Positions 19,228 through 29,600 of a stretch of 64,000 nucleotides of DNA are shown here, one piece after another. Each line of letters begins with the position of its first letter. The stretch's first letter is position 1. This stretch comes from Bdellovibrionales bacterium (GTDB taxonomy: Bacteria > Bdellovibrionota > Bdellovibrionia > Bdellovibrionales > JAGQZY01). The translations under genes and the position numbers were made by a program. The notes beneath the pieces are model-generated. The model saw only the letters and a list, made by a program, of their open reading frames with translations. It did no database searches and was not told the DNA's origin. The stretch covers positions 544,001 to 608,000 of the forward strand of contig CAXRHT010000003.1 of assembly GCA_964230645.1 (NCBI GenBank), given 5' to 3'.

Positions 19228-20133
19228 TTAATGGTCGAAGTTCAATCCCACAACTGTCTGGTTACGACCTCGTCGTTTAGCTTGGTACAGAGACTGATCG
19301 GCACTGATTATCAGCTCATCAACACTACTGGCGTGTTCTGGAGCGGTGGCCACCCCTAGACTTATGCTTAGGGGGTAGTCTCTAAATGAGGTTTCTAAAA
19401 TAACAGTTCGTAGAGATTCTGCCGTCTGCAGAGCTTTGGGGGAGCTCGTTTTAGGTAAAATTAAAGCAAACTCTTCTCCCCCGTAGCGAGAAAGAGAGGC
19501 TTGCATGGGAATATTTTGCTGAAGAGTGGAGGCTACTTTTTGTAGAAATTGATCTCCTTCAGGGTGACCGAAACGATCATTGAACTTTTTAAAGTGATCA
19601 ATATCAATCATAACGAGCGAGAGTGCGCTCCGATCCTTCCCGGCCTTATCCCATTCCACTCGAATTTTCTCTTGAAAGAAACGGTGATTGGTTAGTTGGG
19701 TCACGGGATCAGTAATGGCTAACTTCTGCAGCTTTTCTTTTTCCACAAGAGTTTTATGGGTCTTGTAGGCTTCTACAATTTGTAAAAGAAGCTCGTCATT
19801 CTCCCATGGCTTAAGAATGAATTTGTGAATCTGAGCGGAATTGATAGCCTCCTCTAAAGCTTTCATATCGATCTGGCCAGAAACGAGTACACGGCTGGCT
19901 AGTGGAAGCACTCGGGTGGATTTCACCAGAAAGTCCACACCTTTATCAGGGCCAATCAAATGGTCACTGATGACAACCGCGATATCTTTATGCTCCTCCA
20001 TTATTTGAAAGGCCTGTTTAATATTGGTTGTTGTAAGGACCTCAAAGCGCCGACGTAGGGTACGAGTCAGGGAATCGAGTATATCCTCCTCGTCGTCGAC
20101 ACATAGTACTTTCGGTAAATCCGTTTTAATCAT
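19228..20133 (-). CDS. Response regulator diguanylate cyclase (REC-GGDEF)
   Basis: VDDE..ISD..KPW receiver; DIDHFKKFND, RYGGEEF. Confidence 0.93.
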   Translation of the reverse strand: MIKTDLPKVLCVDDEEDILDSLTRTLRRRFEVLTTTNIKQAFQIMEEHKDIAVVISDHLIGPDKGVDFLVKSTRVLPLASRVLVSGQIDMKALEEAINSAQIHKFILKPWENDELLLQIVEAYKTHKTLVEKEKLQKLAITDPVTQLTNHRFFQEKIRVEWDKAGKDRSALSLVMIDIDHFKKFNDRFGHPEGDQFLQKVASTLQQNIPMQASLSRYGGEEFALILPKTSSPKALQTAESLRTVILETSFRDYPLSISLGVATAPEHASSVDELIISADQSLYQAKRRGRNQTVVGLNFDH

Positions 20134-21625
20134 GCTCCTTAAAAACCTTTGTTAGGCTAGAGAAACTACCATCTAAGGGTAATAGGTAATTTTTGACTCT
20201 TTTATTTATAATAGCAACCTGTTTTTCATGCCACAGCGGAATCACGGGTTTGTCATTGAAAATAATTTGTTGAGCTTTATGATAGAGAGCCACTCTTCGG
20301 CCTTCATCTTTTTCGTAAAAAGCTTTGTCCACAATTTGGTCAAATGCAGTGTTGTTGTAGTACCCACGATTGCGTCCTGGAGGGAACTCTCGGGAGTGAA
20401 GGGTGTTGCGATAGATATCTGGGAGTAAAACTCCCACCCATTTCATAATGGCCATTTCAAAACGTCCTGCTTTAATGTCACCATAGTAGGTTCCCCATTC
20501 AAAGCTTTTCATTTTAACATTGAGTCCCTTTTGTCTTAATTGTTCCGCGATGATTTGACCATTTTCTAGTGCCTGAAAATTGTTGCTAGTTTTAAGCTCA
20601 ATAGTTTTGTTGGTAAAAAGGTCTTGGACTTTTTGAGGTTTTATTCTTGGGGAGGCTTCTAGATTTTGATTGTATTCAGAAAGCGAGAAGGGAAGAAGGC
20701 TGTTGGCTGGATCGGCGTATCCATTAAGGGCAAATTTGATAATCTCATCAACATTAATGGCTTGTGCTAAGGCTTGTCGAAATACTTTTTGGTTTAATGG
20801 GTCTTTACGGTTGTTGAGCAATAAATAAGTAGTTGAAAGACCCGGTCGCGTAATGACTTCAAACTCATTTTCTTTTCTGAAAAAATCGATTTTTGAAAAG
20901 GGGATGTCTGACTGAACAATATCGACCTGACCTTTGTACATTTTCAAAAACCGTGTGGTTGAATCTTTGATGACTTTAAAATGCAGATTTTCTGATAGAG
21001 GCTTTTGGTCGTAATAATCTTTATTGCGTACCAAAACAACACTGTGACTGTTAAGAGCTTTCAGTTTGAAAGGGCCTGACCCAACGGGGAACTCAGTGAA
21101 CTGTTGTGGCTTTTCTTGAACCACTTCGGCAGGCATGATTTTTATAAGTCGAAGATTCATCAAAAACGACGGTGAAAATTGTTGCAGTGTTATCTTAATC
21201 TCACCTCCTGTTTCAAAGCTGTAATCGACTATGATTGAGGAGATGACTCGGTAAGCACTGGCAAAAAGAGAGGTCTCTTTACGAAACTGTTCAAAGGAAA
21301 AAATAAAGTCTTTTCGCTGCAGTTTCTGGCCATTGTGGAAAAGGATGTGGGGTTTTAAATAAAATGTGTACTCTAGATTTTCGTAAGTCCAGTGTGTGGA
21401 AAGGTCTCCTTTAAGTTCTAGGTTCTCATCAAGTTGAACGAGAGAGGAGAATAAGAGATGACTCATTCTCTGTCCAGTGGCATCGGTTGCAAAACGTGGA
21501 TCTAAGGTTTTCGGAGATTCCCCTACGGCAAAAACAATAGTATCTTTGGGTGGAGGCTCATTCCAATAACAGCCACCCATACAGATGAGAGTCAAAGGTA
21601 AGAGAAAAATAACGGCAAAGCCCAC
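20126..21625 (-). CDS. ABC transporter substrate-binding protein, family 5 (peptide/nickel)
   Basis: TLDPR, FHNG, PVGSGPFK, RQALAQAIN; lipoprotein-type leader. Confidence 0.9.
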   Translation of the reverse strand: MGFAVIFLLPLTLICMGGCYWNEPPPKDTIVFAVGESPKTLDPRFATDATGQRMSHLLFSSLVQLDENLELKGDLSTHWTYENLEYTFYLKPHILFHNGQKLQRKDFIFSFEQFRKETSLFASAYRVISSIIVDYSFETGGEIKITLQQFSPSFLMNLRLIKIMPAEVVQEKPQQFTEFPVGSGPFKLKALNSHSVVLVRNKDYYDQKPLSENLHFKVIKDSTTRFLKMYKGQVDIVQSDIPFSKIDFFRKENEFEVITRPGLSTTYLLLNNRKDPLNQKVFRQALAQAINVDEIIKFALNGYADPANSLLPFSLSEYNQNLEASPRIKPQKVQDLFTNKTIELKTSNNFQALENGQIIAEQLRQKGLNVKMKSFEWGTYYGDIKAGRFEMAIMKWVGVLLPDIYRNTLHSREFPPGRNRGYYNNTAFDQIVDKAFYEKDEGRRVALYHKAQQIIFNDKPVIPLWHEKQVAIINKRVKNYLLPLDGSFSSLTKVFKEHD

Positions 21626-21701
21626 TTGTTATCCTTTTAGAGAGTTATTCCTCTATAATAGAAAACAATGAATCCTGCTGTATAGGCATGCAATGTTAGA
21701 T

Positions 21702-23564
21702 TTAAGCGACGTCTTTTTGTTGGTCTTCTGGTGAATAGCGGCAAATAATAAACATCAAGTCATCCACTAGATGTTTTTTGCCGCGGAATTTTTCAAATTC
21801 CTCAAAAAGTGTTTCGGCTAATGCGTCGGCCTGCACATTTGGCTTGGCTTTTTTAGCTAGCAAACGAAGGAGTTTTCCATCTCCATAGGTTTTTCCATCT
21901 TCATTTTCTAAGTCTGTGATTCCATCCGTGTAAAAGAAGAGACTTTCACCTTTTTTCAAGTTGTATTTTGCCTCGTCATAAACTGAGTCCGGTTTTTCTC
22001 CCAGTCGTTTGCCTCGAACGTCTGCTAGAAGCTCGAAATCTGACTTCTTTAGGTTGTCGCTATTGGGGATAACAATGGGAAATTCGTGACTGGCGTTGGC
22101 GTAATCCATCTCACCGGTTTCCATGTTGATGGAGGCAATAAAGAAGGTCATCATCACTGATTTCTTTGCCGTTGAGTTCACTGCAAAATTAAGAAGTTTC
22201 ATAATTTCTGATGGGGGGAGAATTTCGTCTTCAGATTGAAGTTCAATGACCGAAGAGGTGGCTTTCGCAGCCGCAGTGATAAGGGCGGCAGGGGCTCCAT
22301 GCCCTGTAGCATCTCCAATCCATATAATTAAATGTTTGCCCACGACAGAGTAGTGAAACCAGTCCCCTCCCGCTTCGGAAGCGGAAGCGAATCGACATTC
22401 TATCACATAGTCTCCTACTCGGTGACTAAGCTTAGGGAAAAGGTTTTTCTGCACTAGGTGCACCATGTCCAGCTCACTTTCCATACGAGACTGTTCTAGC
22501 TGGGCCTGCATAAGAGACTGAACCTCTTTTGACATCCAGCGTACATTTTGCGCCAGGGCCTCGATCTCATCATCGGTTTTAATTTTTACTTCAACGTTAA
22601 AATTCCCTTGAGCGATTTCACGAGTGATTTCTAAGAGTCTGGTGATAGAAAACGAAATGCTATGAGAGAAGAGCACACTCACTACGACAATTAACGAAAT
22701 AGCTGCGGCGATAATCAACAGTCCTCTCATAAAAAATCGTTTCTGCGAGGAGGTTACTAAAGATTTGTCTACAACACTGAGAGTGTAAGTATTGGGAAGT
22801 TGTGTCTCCGAATAGGCAACTAGCAGACTTTTTTCTGTAGATATCTTTTTGTCTATAACTCCTTGTGGAGAGGGGTTTGTAAAGACGTCTTGGAAAAAAG
22901 CAGAGTCCGTTATTTTCTTATCAACCTGAGACTTGCGCCAAAATTTAGGGGTTACGAGTATTCCTTTTTTTGAATGGATTAAATAATTGGCAAATAACCC
23001 CGGGGTAGAGAAGCTTTCATACAAATTGCTGAGACGAACGACGCCAAGGATGTAGAGAGGTTCTTCTCCCTCACTGATTTTACTAGAGTAGGTAAAAAGA
23101 GCGGGTTTGGAGCCGAAATCCTGGTAGATAAAATCTTTTTTTAAAAGGCCTGTAAACAGTTTTTTATGGTCGAGTTTTTTCCAATCGATTTTTTTAATCT
23201 CACGTCTGGGATGAATGAGTTTGTCCAGAATTTGGAACTGATTCCCTTTTTCTCTAACTAAAAATAGGAACTCAATATTTTTCTGTTCGAGAAATCTTTT
23301 TTGGCTGATGACTCCGAACTGACGACGACCAAGTTCCGCATTTTTTACGATAGGGCGCAAACTGCTTTGAAGAGCTTCATGGGAAAGATAAAGTTCGTTA
23401 CTGAGAACATGGGCATTTTTAGAAGCTGTATCAAAAACGTAGGCCAATTTGTCTTCGGTAATAAATTTGGATCCAAATGAAACAAATATCCCAAAGCTTA
23501 AAAGCGGAATAAGTGTTAGTAAAATCAAGATCTTTCTACGCAATGGGCGTTTCACTTTGGCCAT
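21702..23564 (-). CDS. Membrane sensor HAMP-SpoIIE (PP2C) phosphatase
   Basis: Two TMs, HAMP (IAQGNF..DEIEAL), GGDWF, GDATGHG, YTDG, DD. Confidence 0.92.
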   Translation of the reverse strand: MAKVKRPLRRKILILLTLIPLLSFGIFVSFGSKFITEDKLAYVFDTASKNAHVLSNELYLSHEALQSSLRPIVKNAELGRRQFGVISQKRFLEQKNIEFLFLVREKGNQFQILDKLIHPRREIKKIDWKKLDHKKLFTGLLKKDFIYQDFGSKPALFTYSSKISEGEEPLYILGVVRLSNLYESFSTPGLFANYLIHSKKGILVTPKFWRKSQVDKKITDSAFFQDVFTNPSPQGVIDKKISTEKSLLVAYSETQLPNTYTLSVVDKSLVTSSQKRFFMRGLLIIAAAISLIVVVSVLFSHSISFSITRLLEITREIAQGNFNVEVKIKTDDEIEALAQNVRWMSKEVQSLMQAQLEQSRMESELDMVHLVQKNLFPKLSHRVGDYVIECRFASASEAGGDWFHYSVVGKHLIIWIGDATGHGAPAALITAAAKATSSVIELQSEDEILPPSEIMKLLNFAVNSTAKKSVMMTFFIASINMETGEMDYANASHEFPIVIPNSDNLKKSDFELLADVRGKRLGEKPDSVYDEAKYNLKKGESLFFYTDGITDLENEDGKTYGDGKLLRLLAKKAKPNVQADALAETLFEEFEKFRGKKHLVDDLMFIICRYSPEDQQKDVA

Positions 23565-23570
23565 AAATGC

Positions 23571-23598
23571 CTATCGGAACTTTCTTTAAAAAAATTCA
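23571..23598 (-). promoter_or_regulatory. sigma28-like promoter of the SpoIIE gene
   Basis: TGAAT-N15-TCCGATAG, 6 nt before the ATG; no SD. Confidence 0.45.
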
Positions 23599-23628
23599 GA
23601 AAAAGTGTTTCAAAACAAGACAGAAGTC

Positions 23629-23655
23629 TTAACTATTTTCCTTTCCTGCCGATAA
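23629..23655 (+). promoter_or_regulatory. sigma28 (FliA)-like promoter of the giant adhesin gene
   Basis: TTAAC-N14-GCCGATAA (perfect -10), 7 nt before ATG 23663. Confidence 0.6.
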
Positions 23656-23662
23656 GCTCTTG

Positions 23663-26600
23663 ATGGCAATTATACGGTACGTAACTTCAATAATTTTTAT
23701 TACTTCTATAAGTCGGCAGAAGGCCTTTTTAACTGGTCTTTTAGGCCTTTTAGCGATTTTACTTTCCGCCTGTTTAGGAAGCGGCGGTACCGAGCAAGTC
23801 ACCAACAATTCCTTTGGTCTAGGTATTTCCATTGTCAGTGGGAACAACCAAATCGGTGCTCCCGATGAACTCTTTGAAGATCCCGCGCTTGTGCAAGTCA
23901 CTGATTCTTCTGGGGCTCCGGTGGAAGGCATCAAAGTCACCTTTCAACAAGTTAGCGGGGCTTCGGTCTTTATCACCAATTCAGAGGTGACCTCTAACGG
24001 AAACGGATTAGCTCAGACTAGTGTTCGCTCTCCTAGAGAGTTTGATCAAACCGGAGTTGTCCGGGCTTGTGTCGCCAATTCCTCGGCTTGCGTGGACTTT
24101 GAATTTGGATCGGACAACACTTCTGAGAATATTAAATTTATGTTGGTCACTGAGAATGGTGGCACCGAGACAGCAGGAGAGGCCTTTACAGTCGAAGTCC
24201 GCACTGTTGATGCTAACAGCGAGGCTCTCATTGAGTACAATGGAACACTTAATTTAGAGTGGACCTTTATTACGCAACCGAGTTGGGCTGGAGTCGAACC
24301 AAGCCTTGTTCCAAACTTTTCAACTTGTACCTTCGTGGACGGTATCTGTGATCCCGGTCAAACGGTAACATTGACAGATGCAAGAGTACCCACTCGCGTT
24401 TTTCTAGGTGACGGTGATGGTGGATTTATTGATATTTTTGGACAAGTCATCCAGGTAGAATTGGGTGAACCAGCCCAAGTATTTGTAACTGACGCCCTTG
24501 GAGGGCCTGACGCTGATGCTGAAACCGTTGGAGATACTGTTTTTACAGCTGATGATCCTGATTTTACCTTCTACGCGGCGGTGACCGACTCCGTTGGAAA
24601 CTATATTGAAGATGCTCCGAATGCCACTTGGTCTTCCTCTCATCCCACCCAAATCACTAGTAATCTTTCTACGCTGATGGGGATGAGTACAATTTTAGAT
24701 TTTAATCAAAGTATCCCATTTCCAAGTTTTGGATATTTATACGCCGATGTTTCAGGCTATCCTCAAGGATCGTCAGGACAAATTTCTATTGACCCAGGTG
24801 AGCCCGCTAATGTTGAAGTGGTACCCGTTGATACGAATATGACCCGAACAGGAGGCGTTCCGTTTGCTTTCAATCTTGAGGTTCGGGATGCCAACGACAA
24901 TATTGTGGGTCAGCAGTTTGGAAGTACTGGTTACACCGGAACCTTTCCCGTGACTTTTACCTTTAGTGATTATCAATCAGGTCCTGCCGTTAGTGGTGGA
25001 GCCATTCCGATGATCCATAACTCTGGGCAACTGGAAAGAACCGAAGTTTCAAAAGTGCTTCAGATTCCGTTCTTTGCTGGACGCTCGCAATTTTTGCCTG
25101 AGAGAATCACATTTTTTGACGCCACTGCCGTAAATCCAAGAATAAGTCTTAATGTAGACGCTTCTTCTGATCCAGAATTGAGCAATGTAAGTGGTTCAAC
25201 AGTCTTCAATATGGTGGTAGGGCCACCTGATCATTTGATGCTCCGAGATGGGCTCGGGGCCAGTGCAAACACTATGTGTGAAGCAGATTATACGACAAGT
25301 CCTTTCTTTTGGCGGCGTTTGGAATATATTTTAGACCCTGATTACAGAGCTTCTTACAAAGAGTATTGCAATGGAATTTCTGTGAATGCAGGTTCTGGCA
25401 ATGTGCAAATTTATGCCTCGATAGAAGATGCTGGTGGTAACTTTATAGATAACCTCGATGTGACTTGGGTTACCACGGACATGGTCAATCCAAACAGTCG
25501 CTTCAATGGACAAATTTCTGGCAGTAACCCATCAAACTTGCAAACTTTAGCCCCTCAAAATGCCACTGGTGGAAACCCCAACCACGAATGGATTCGAGTT
25601 CAGGGAACTTATAACTCCGTGAATTACGATCAATATTTTAGAGGAGCGATATTACCTGGAGTGCTCTCGCAGTACCAGTTAAAAATTCTTCGCAGAGATT
25701 ATCAGGATCCAAATGAGGCTGTCGCTACTGGTCCTAGAACATTAGTTGTAATTCCCAAAGATGCGCAAGGGAATGGACTGACTCAGCCATTCAATCGAAA
25801 TCTAACTGTCAGTATTAGTTCAAGTTTTAACAGTTCTCCTGACGGAACGCCTCCCTCTTTTATTACGCCAGGTTTACACCCTAATATCCCTTTCCAGCAA
25901 ATCATACCAGTTGATGACAGAGACAATGTAGGAGACAGCACTGTCGTAGCAAGGTTTGAAAATTTAATAACGCCCAACGCAGGCGATGCGGTGACAGTCA
26001 CTGTGACAGATGCACTCGACCCCTCGATCTCTGACTCTATTAATTGGCAAGTCATACCCGGTGAAATAGATAGTGTGGAGATTTGGAAAGATGCGGCTCC
26101 ACCCACCGGTACAAATGTGACAAATGTTGATTTTACAATGACTGCTGACGAATCAACTAACTTCTTTGCTGTCGCTAAAGACGCTCGCGGAAACAATCGA
26201 AACATCGAAAGTAGTTGGGTAACCTGGAATGATTCGGCTCAACCCTTTGCTCCCGCTGATTCTGTTTCAGGCATTTTAACTGGCACATTGCAAACTCCTT
26301 TTTCTGTTGAAAGACCTGGTTCGGGAAAAATCTTTTTAAGAGCGGCTGCCAACAACGAGGGAAGCGGAGCGGCAGAAACCGGTGTTATTACACTAGAAGC
26401 TGGTGAGCCAAGCTATGTACAAGTCGAAATTCCATCTCCAAACGTGGTAGCCGGCGTTCCACAAGATGTGGTCGTTAGCATTCGTGATGCAAAAGGAAAT
26501 ATTGTGACCGATGTGAACGGGCCAACGAATTTGGCTATCACGATATTAAATAACTCTTTAACCCGTCTCAATTATATCCATAATGCCCCTGCGAGTGGCG

Positions 26601-29600
26601 ACTATAACTTTGTCAATGGAGAATACACCTTCAGTGGAGCTGAGGCTTTTACGTTTTTCAATTCTATAGAAACACCACGAATACAGGTCTCGACCACAGT
26701 GGGAACCCCCATTGTGGGGCAATCCACTGATATTGCTGTTGCTGCCGATTCCTTCGATCATTTGGCTTTACTCTCAGCCAACACCCAGGTTTCTGCAGGA
26801 GAAGTCAATCGCTACACCATTCGAGTGGAAGATCAGTATGGTAACAAATTAGTTTCAGGCCTTGATGCTGTGAAAAATGTTACCTTTAATATTACAAGCT
26901 CTCTTGGTGATGAAGATATCGTGGATTCGAACCTTGTAAACCCGAGTCTTGCTGACTATCTACCAGGTAATCAAAAAATCTTAAATGGTGACTTGACGCT
27001 CGGAGAAGCTTACGTCGATCTGATGACCACAAAATCGGGAACTTTAACGGTGAGTGGTAGTACCACAGGAATTGTGGGAACCAACACGGAAGAACCCCTC
27101 GTGGTTCTACCTTTAACGACGATTTCTTCAATTCGATATAAGCCAGGAGAAGAGCCAACCACACCTTCAACGACCATCAATCAGCTGTTACCTTTCAGCG
27201 TTGAGTTGTTGGACGCTTTTGACAATGTGATCACAACGAATAACTCCGATGTTGTCGAGCTTAACCTTATTGGTGCCTCTCAATCTTTTGAGAACTATAC
27301 CCCTCAGACCGCTGTCAACGGAGAAGCTGTCTTCTCGGGGCTTCGTTATAGGAGGGCTGATTCCTTTACAATTCAAGCGGTTCTTCAGTCCAATAACAGT
27401 CTCACCGATGATGCGCCTATGGTGGTGGAGCTCGGTTCTGTGACAAGAACTATTGCTATTTTGCCAGACCAAACCTTTACGGAAGGGACGGGTTCCCTTG
27501 CCACGGCTATAACGGGCACACCTTTTTCGGGAACAGGCCAGGTCACTGCAGGAGATGAGTTTGATGTAGAAGTTCGTGCTATGGATAGTTCCTTTAACAC
27601 GGTTTCCACCTACACGGGCTCCGTGTCTTTGGAGTCAACCGACCCTTACTTGGAAGTGACTCCAGCCTCTCAAAATTTCGTTGCGGGTGAGGCCACATTT
27701 ACTGTGAAAGTGCGTCAGCAGGGAACAGATCATAATATTTACGCCACCACTGGATTTACCAATCATGCAAGTACCAATTATGATGTGAATTTTGATACGG
27801 CCACACAACTTGTTACCATATTACCGAATCAAACCCTTCTTGAGGGAGCTCCCGATTTAGCCACGGCCGTCGATCAAATTGTACCTACGCAGGTGGCAGG
27901 TGTTTCATTTGATGCTGAAATTGTAGCTGTGGATGCTTATTTTAATCATGTGACCGATTACAGTCATAGCAATATAGCCGTCAATATGGACTCTGATGCT
28001 GCGGTTCCGACTCCTTCGCCTCAAAGCATGTCGGGTGGGTCCGTTACATTCTCTGTACAGAACTATCTTGCGACCTCTGGTTTAACAATTACACCAAGTA
28101 CAGGTGCAGCTCCCATTCTGACCGGGCAAACCTCTGAGTCCTATGAAGTAAATCCCAACACGGCGACCCAATACATTGCCGTGCTCCCTGGTCAAACCCA
28201 TTCTCCAGGACAAGCCCCGGGAGATTACGCGAGCGCCGTTCTGGGTACACCGACAGATCAAGACACTGATAGTGGCTTTTCCGTTAATTTGTTTGCTGTC
28301 GATAATTACTTTAACACAAGAGGGGATCATGCAAGTGCCGTTTCAATTGCGACCCCCGATGACCCCAACGATGTGGAACCTGCGGCCTCTAATTTTGCTG
28401 CAGGCGCTGTCACTTTTACCATCAATCCCGTTAGAGCTCAGGACAATCAAGACCTAACTATTACTTCAGGTCTCGCCGCCAACACTCCAGCGACATATAA
28501 TGTGAAGCCCGGGGCCCCCAGCCAATTGATCGCAGTCTTTACTGATTATCAGACATTGGATGAGGGAAGTTTGACTTTAGCCGGAGCGGTGGCCGATCAA
28601 AGTGTGCAAGATCGAGAAAGTGGTGAGTCCGTTAGTGTACGAGTCTATGCCACTGATAACAAATTTAACGTTGTCGATGATGATTCGACCTCTGTTTCAA
28701 TCACTCCCTCAATCCCTAATCATGCAGTGACTCCAACCAACCAGAGTCTTACTAATGGTCAAGCTGATTTCGCAGTGGAGACTTTCCTTGTTGGCACAGG
28801 TTATGACATGCTCCCAAGTGGGGGATCTTACTCTCAAAACAGAACCACAGATTACAATGTCACCCTAGGCTCTGGTAAGAGACTTCTACTGGTACTCCCT
28901 AACCAAACCTTTTCCCCGGGGCAAGCAACAGCTGCGGATGCCGCTAGTGGTACTCCCTTTAGACAAACTCAAGGAAGCGACTTCCCATTTATTGCCAGAG
29001 TTTATTCAACCGACGATTATTTCAATCATAGAAGTGCTGACACAGACACAGTTACAATTACGCCGAGTTTAGCGAGCACCATCAGTGGTGGAGCCAGTCA
29101 GGCCATGGTCGGCGGGCAAGCTGATTTTACCCTCTATCACACGGCCAATTCGAATGCGCAAAACATTCAGGCAACAGCCTCAGGTTTTACAAGTGGTACT
29201 TCAAAAAACTATGATGTCCTAGCAAATCTTGTGAATCCGACCCTAGCCCTAAGTGACCCAACTACCAGTGATACCTCATATATAAGACAAAACTCTGTGG
29301 CCACAAGTATCGGTAGTGACGGGACGACTTCGAGATGGTGTGTAAGTGAAACTCAATCCACGCGTCCGTCATCAGGAACCAATGATCGTGGAACCTGTAA
29401 TGGCGGTGCCGGCAGTGATGATGGTTGGTTTACCTCTCGGCCAAGTACAGTGCCCACGACATCTTCTCAAGGAAGTAAAACACTTTATGTGTGGACCTCG
29501 GATGAAGCTTTTAACGTCAGTGTCGGTAATGTTTCCGACGCTATCACATTAGATAGTGTGAAACCCAACGATCCCACTAATTTAACTTTACAGGATCAGA

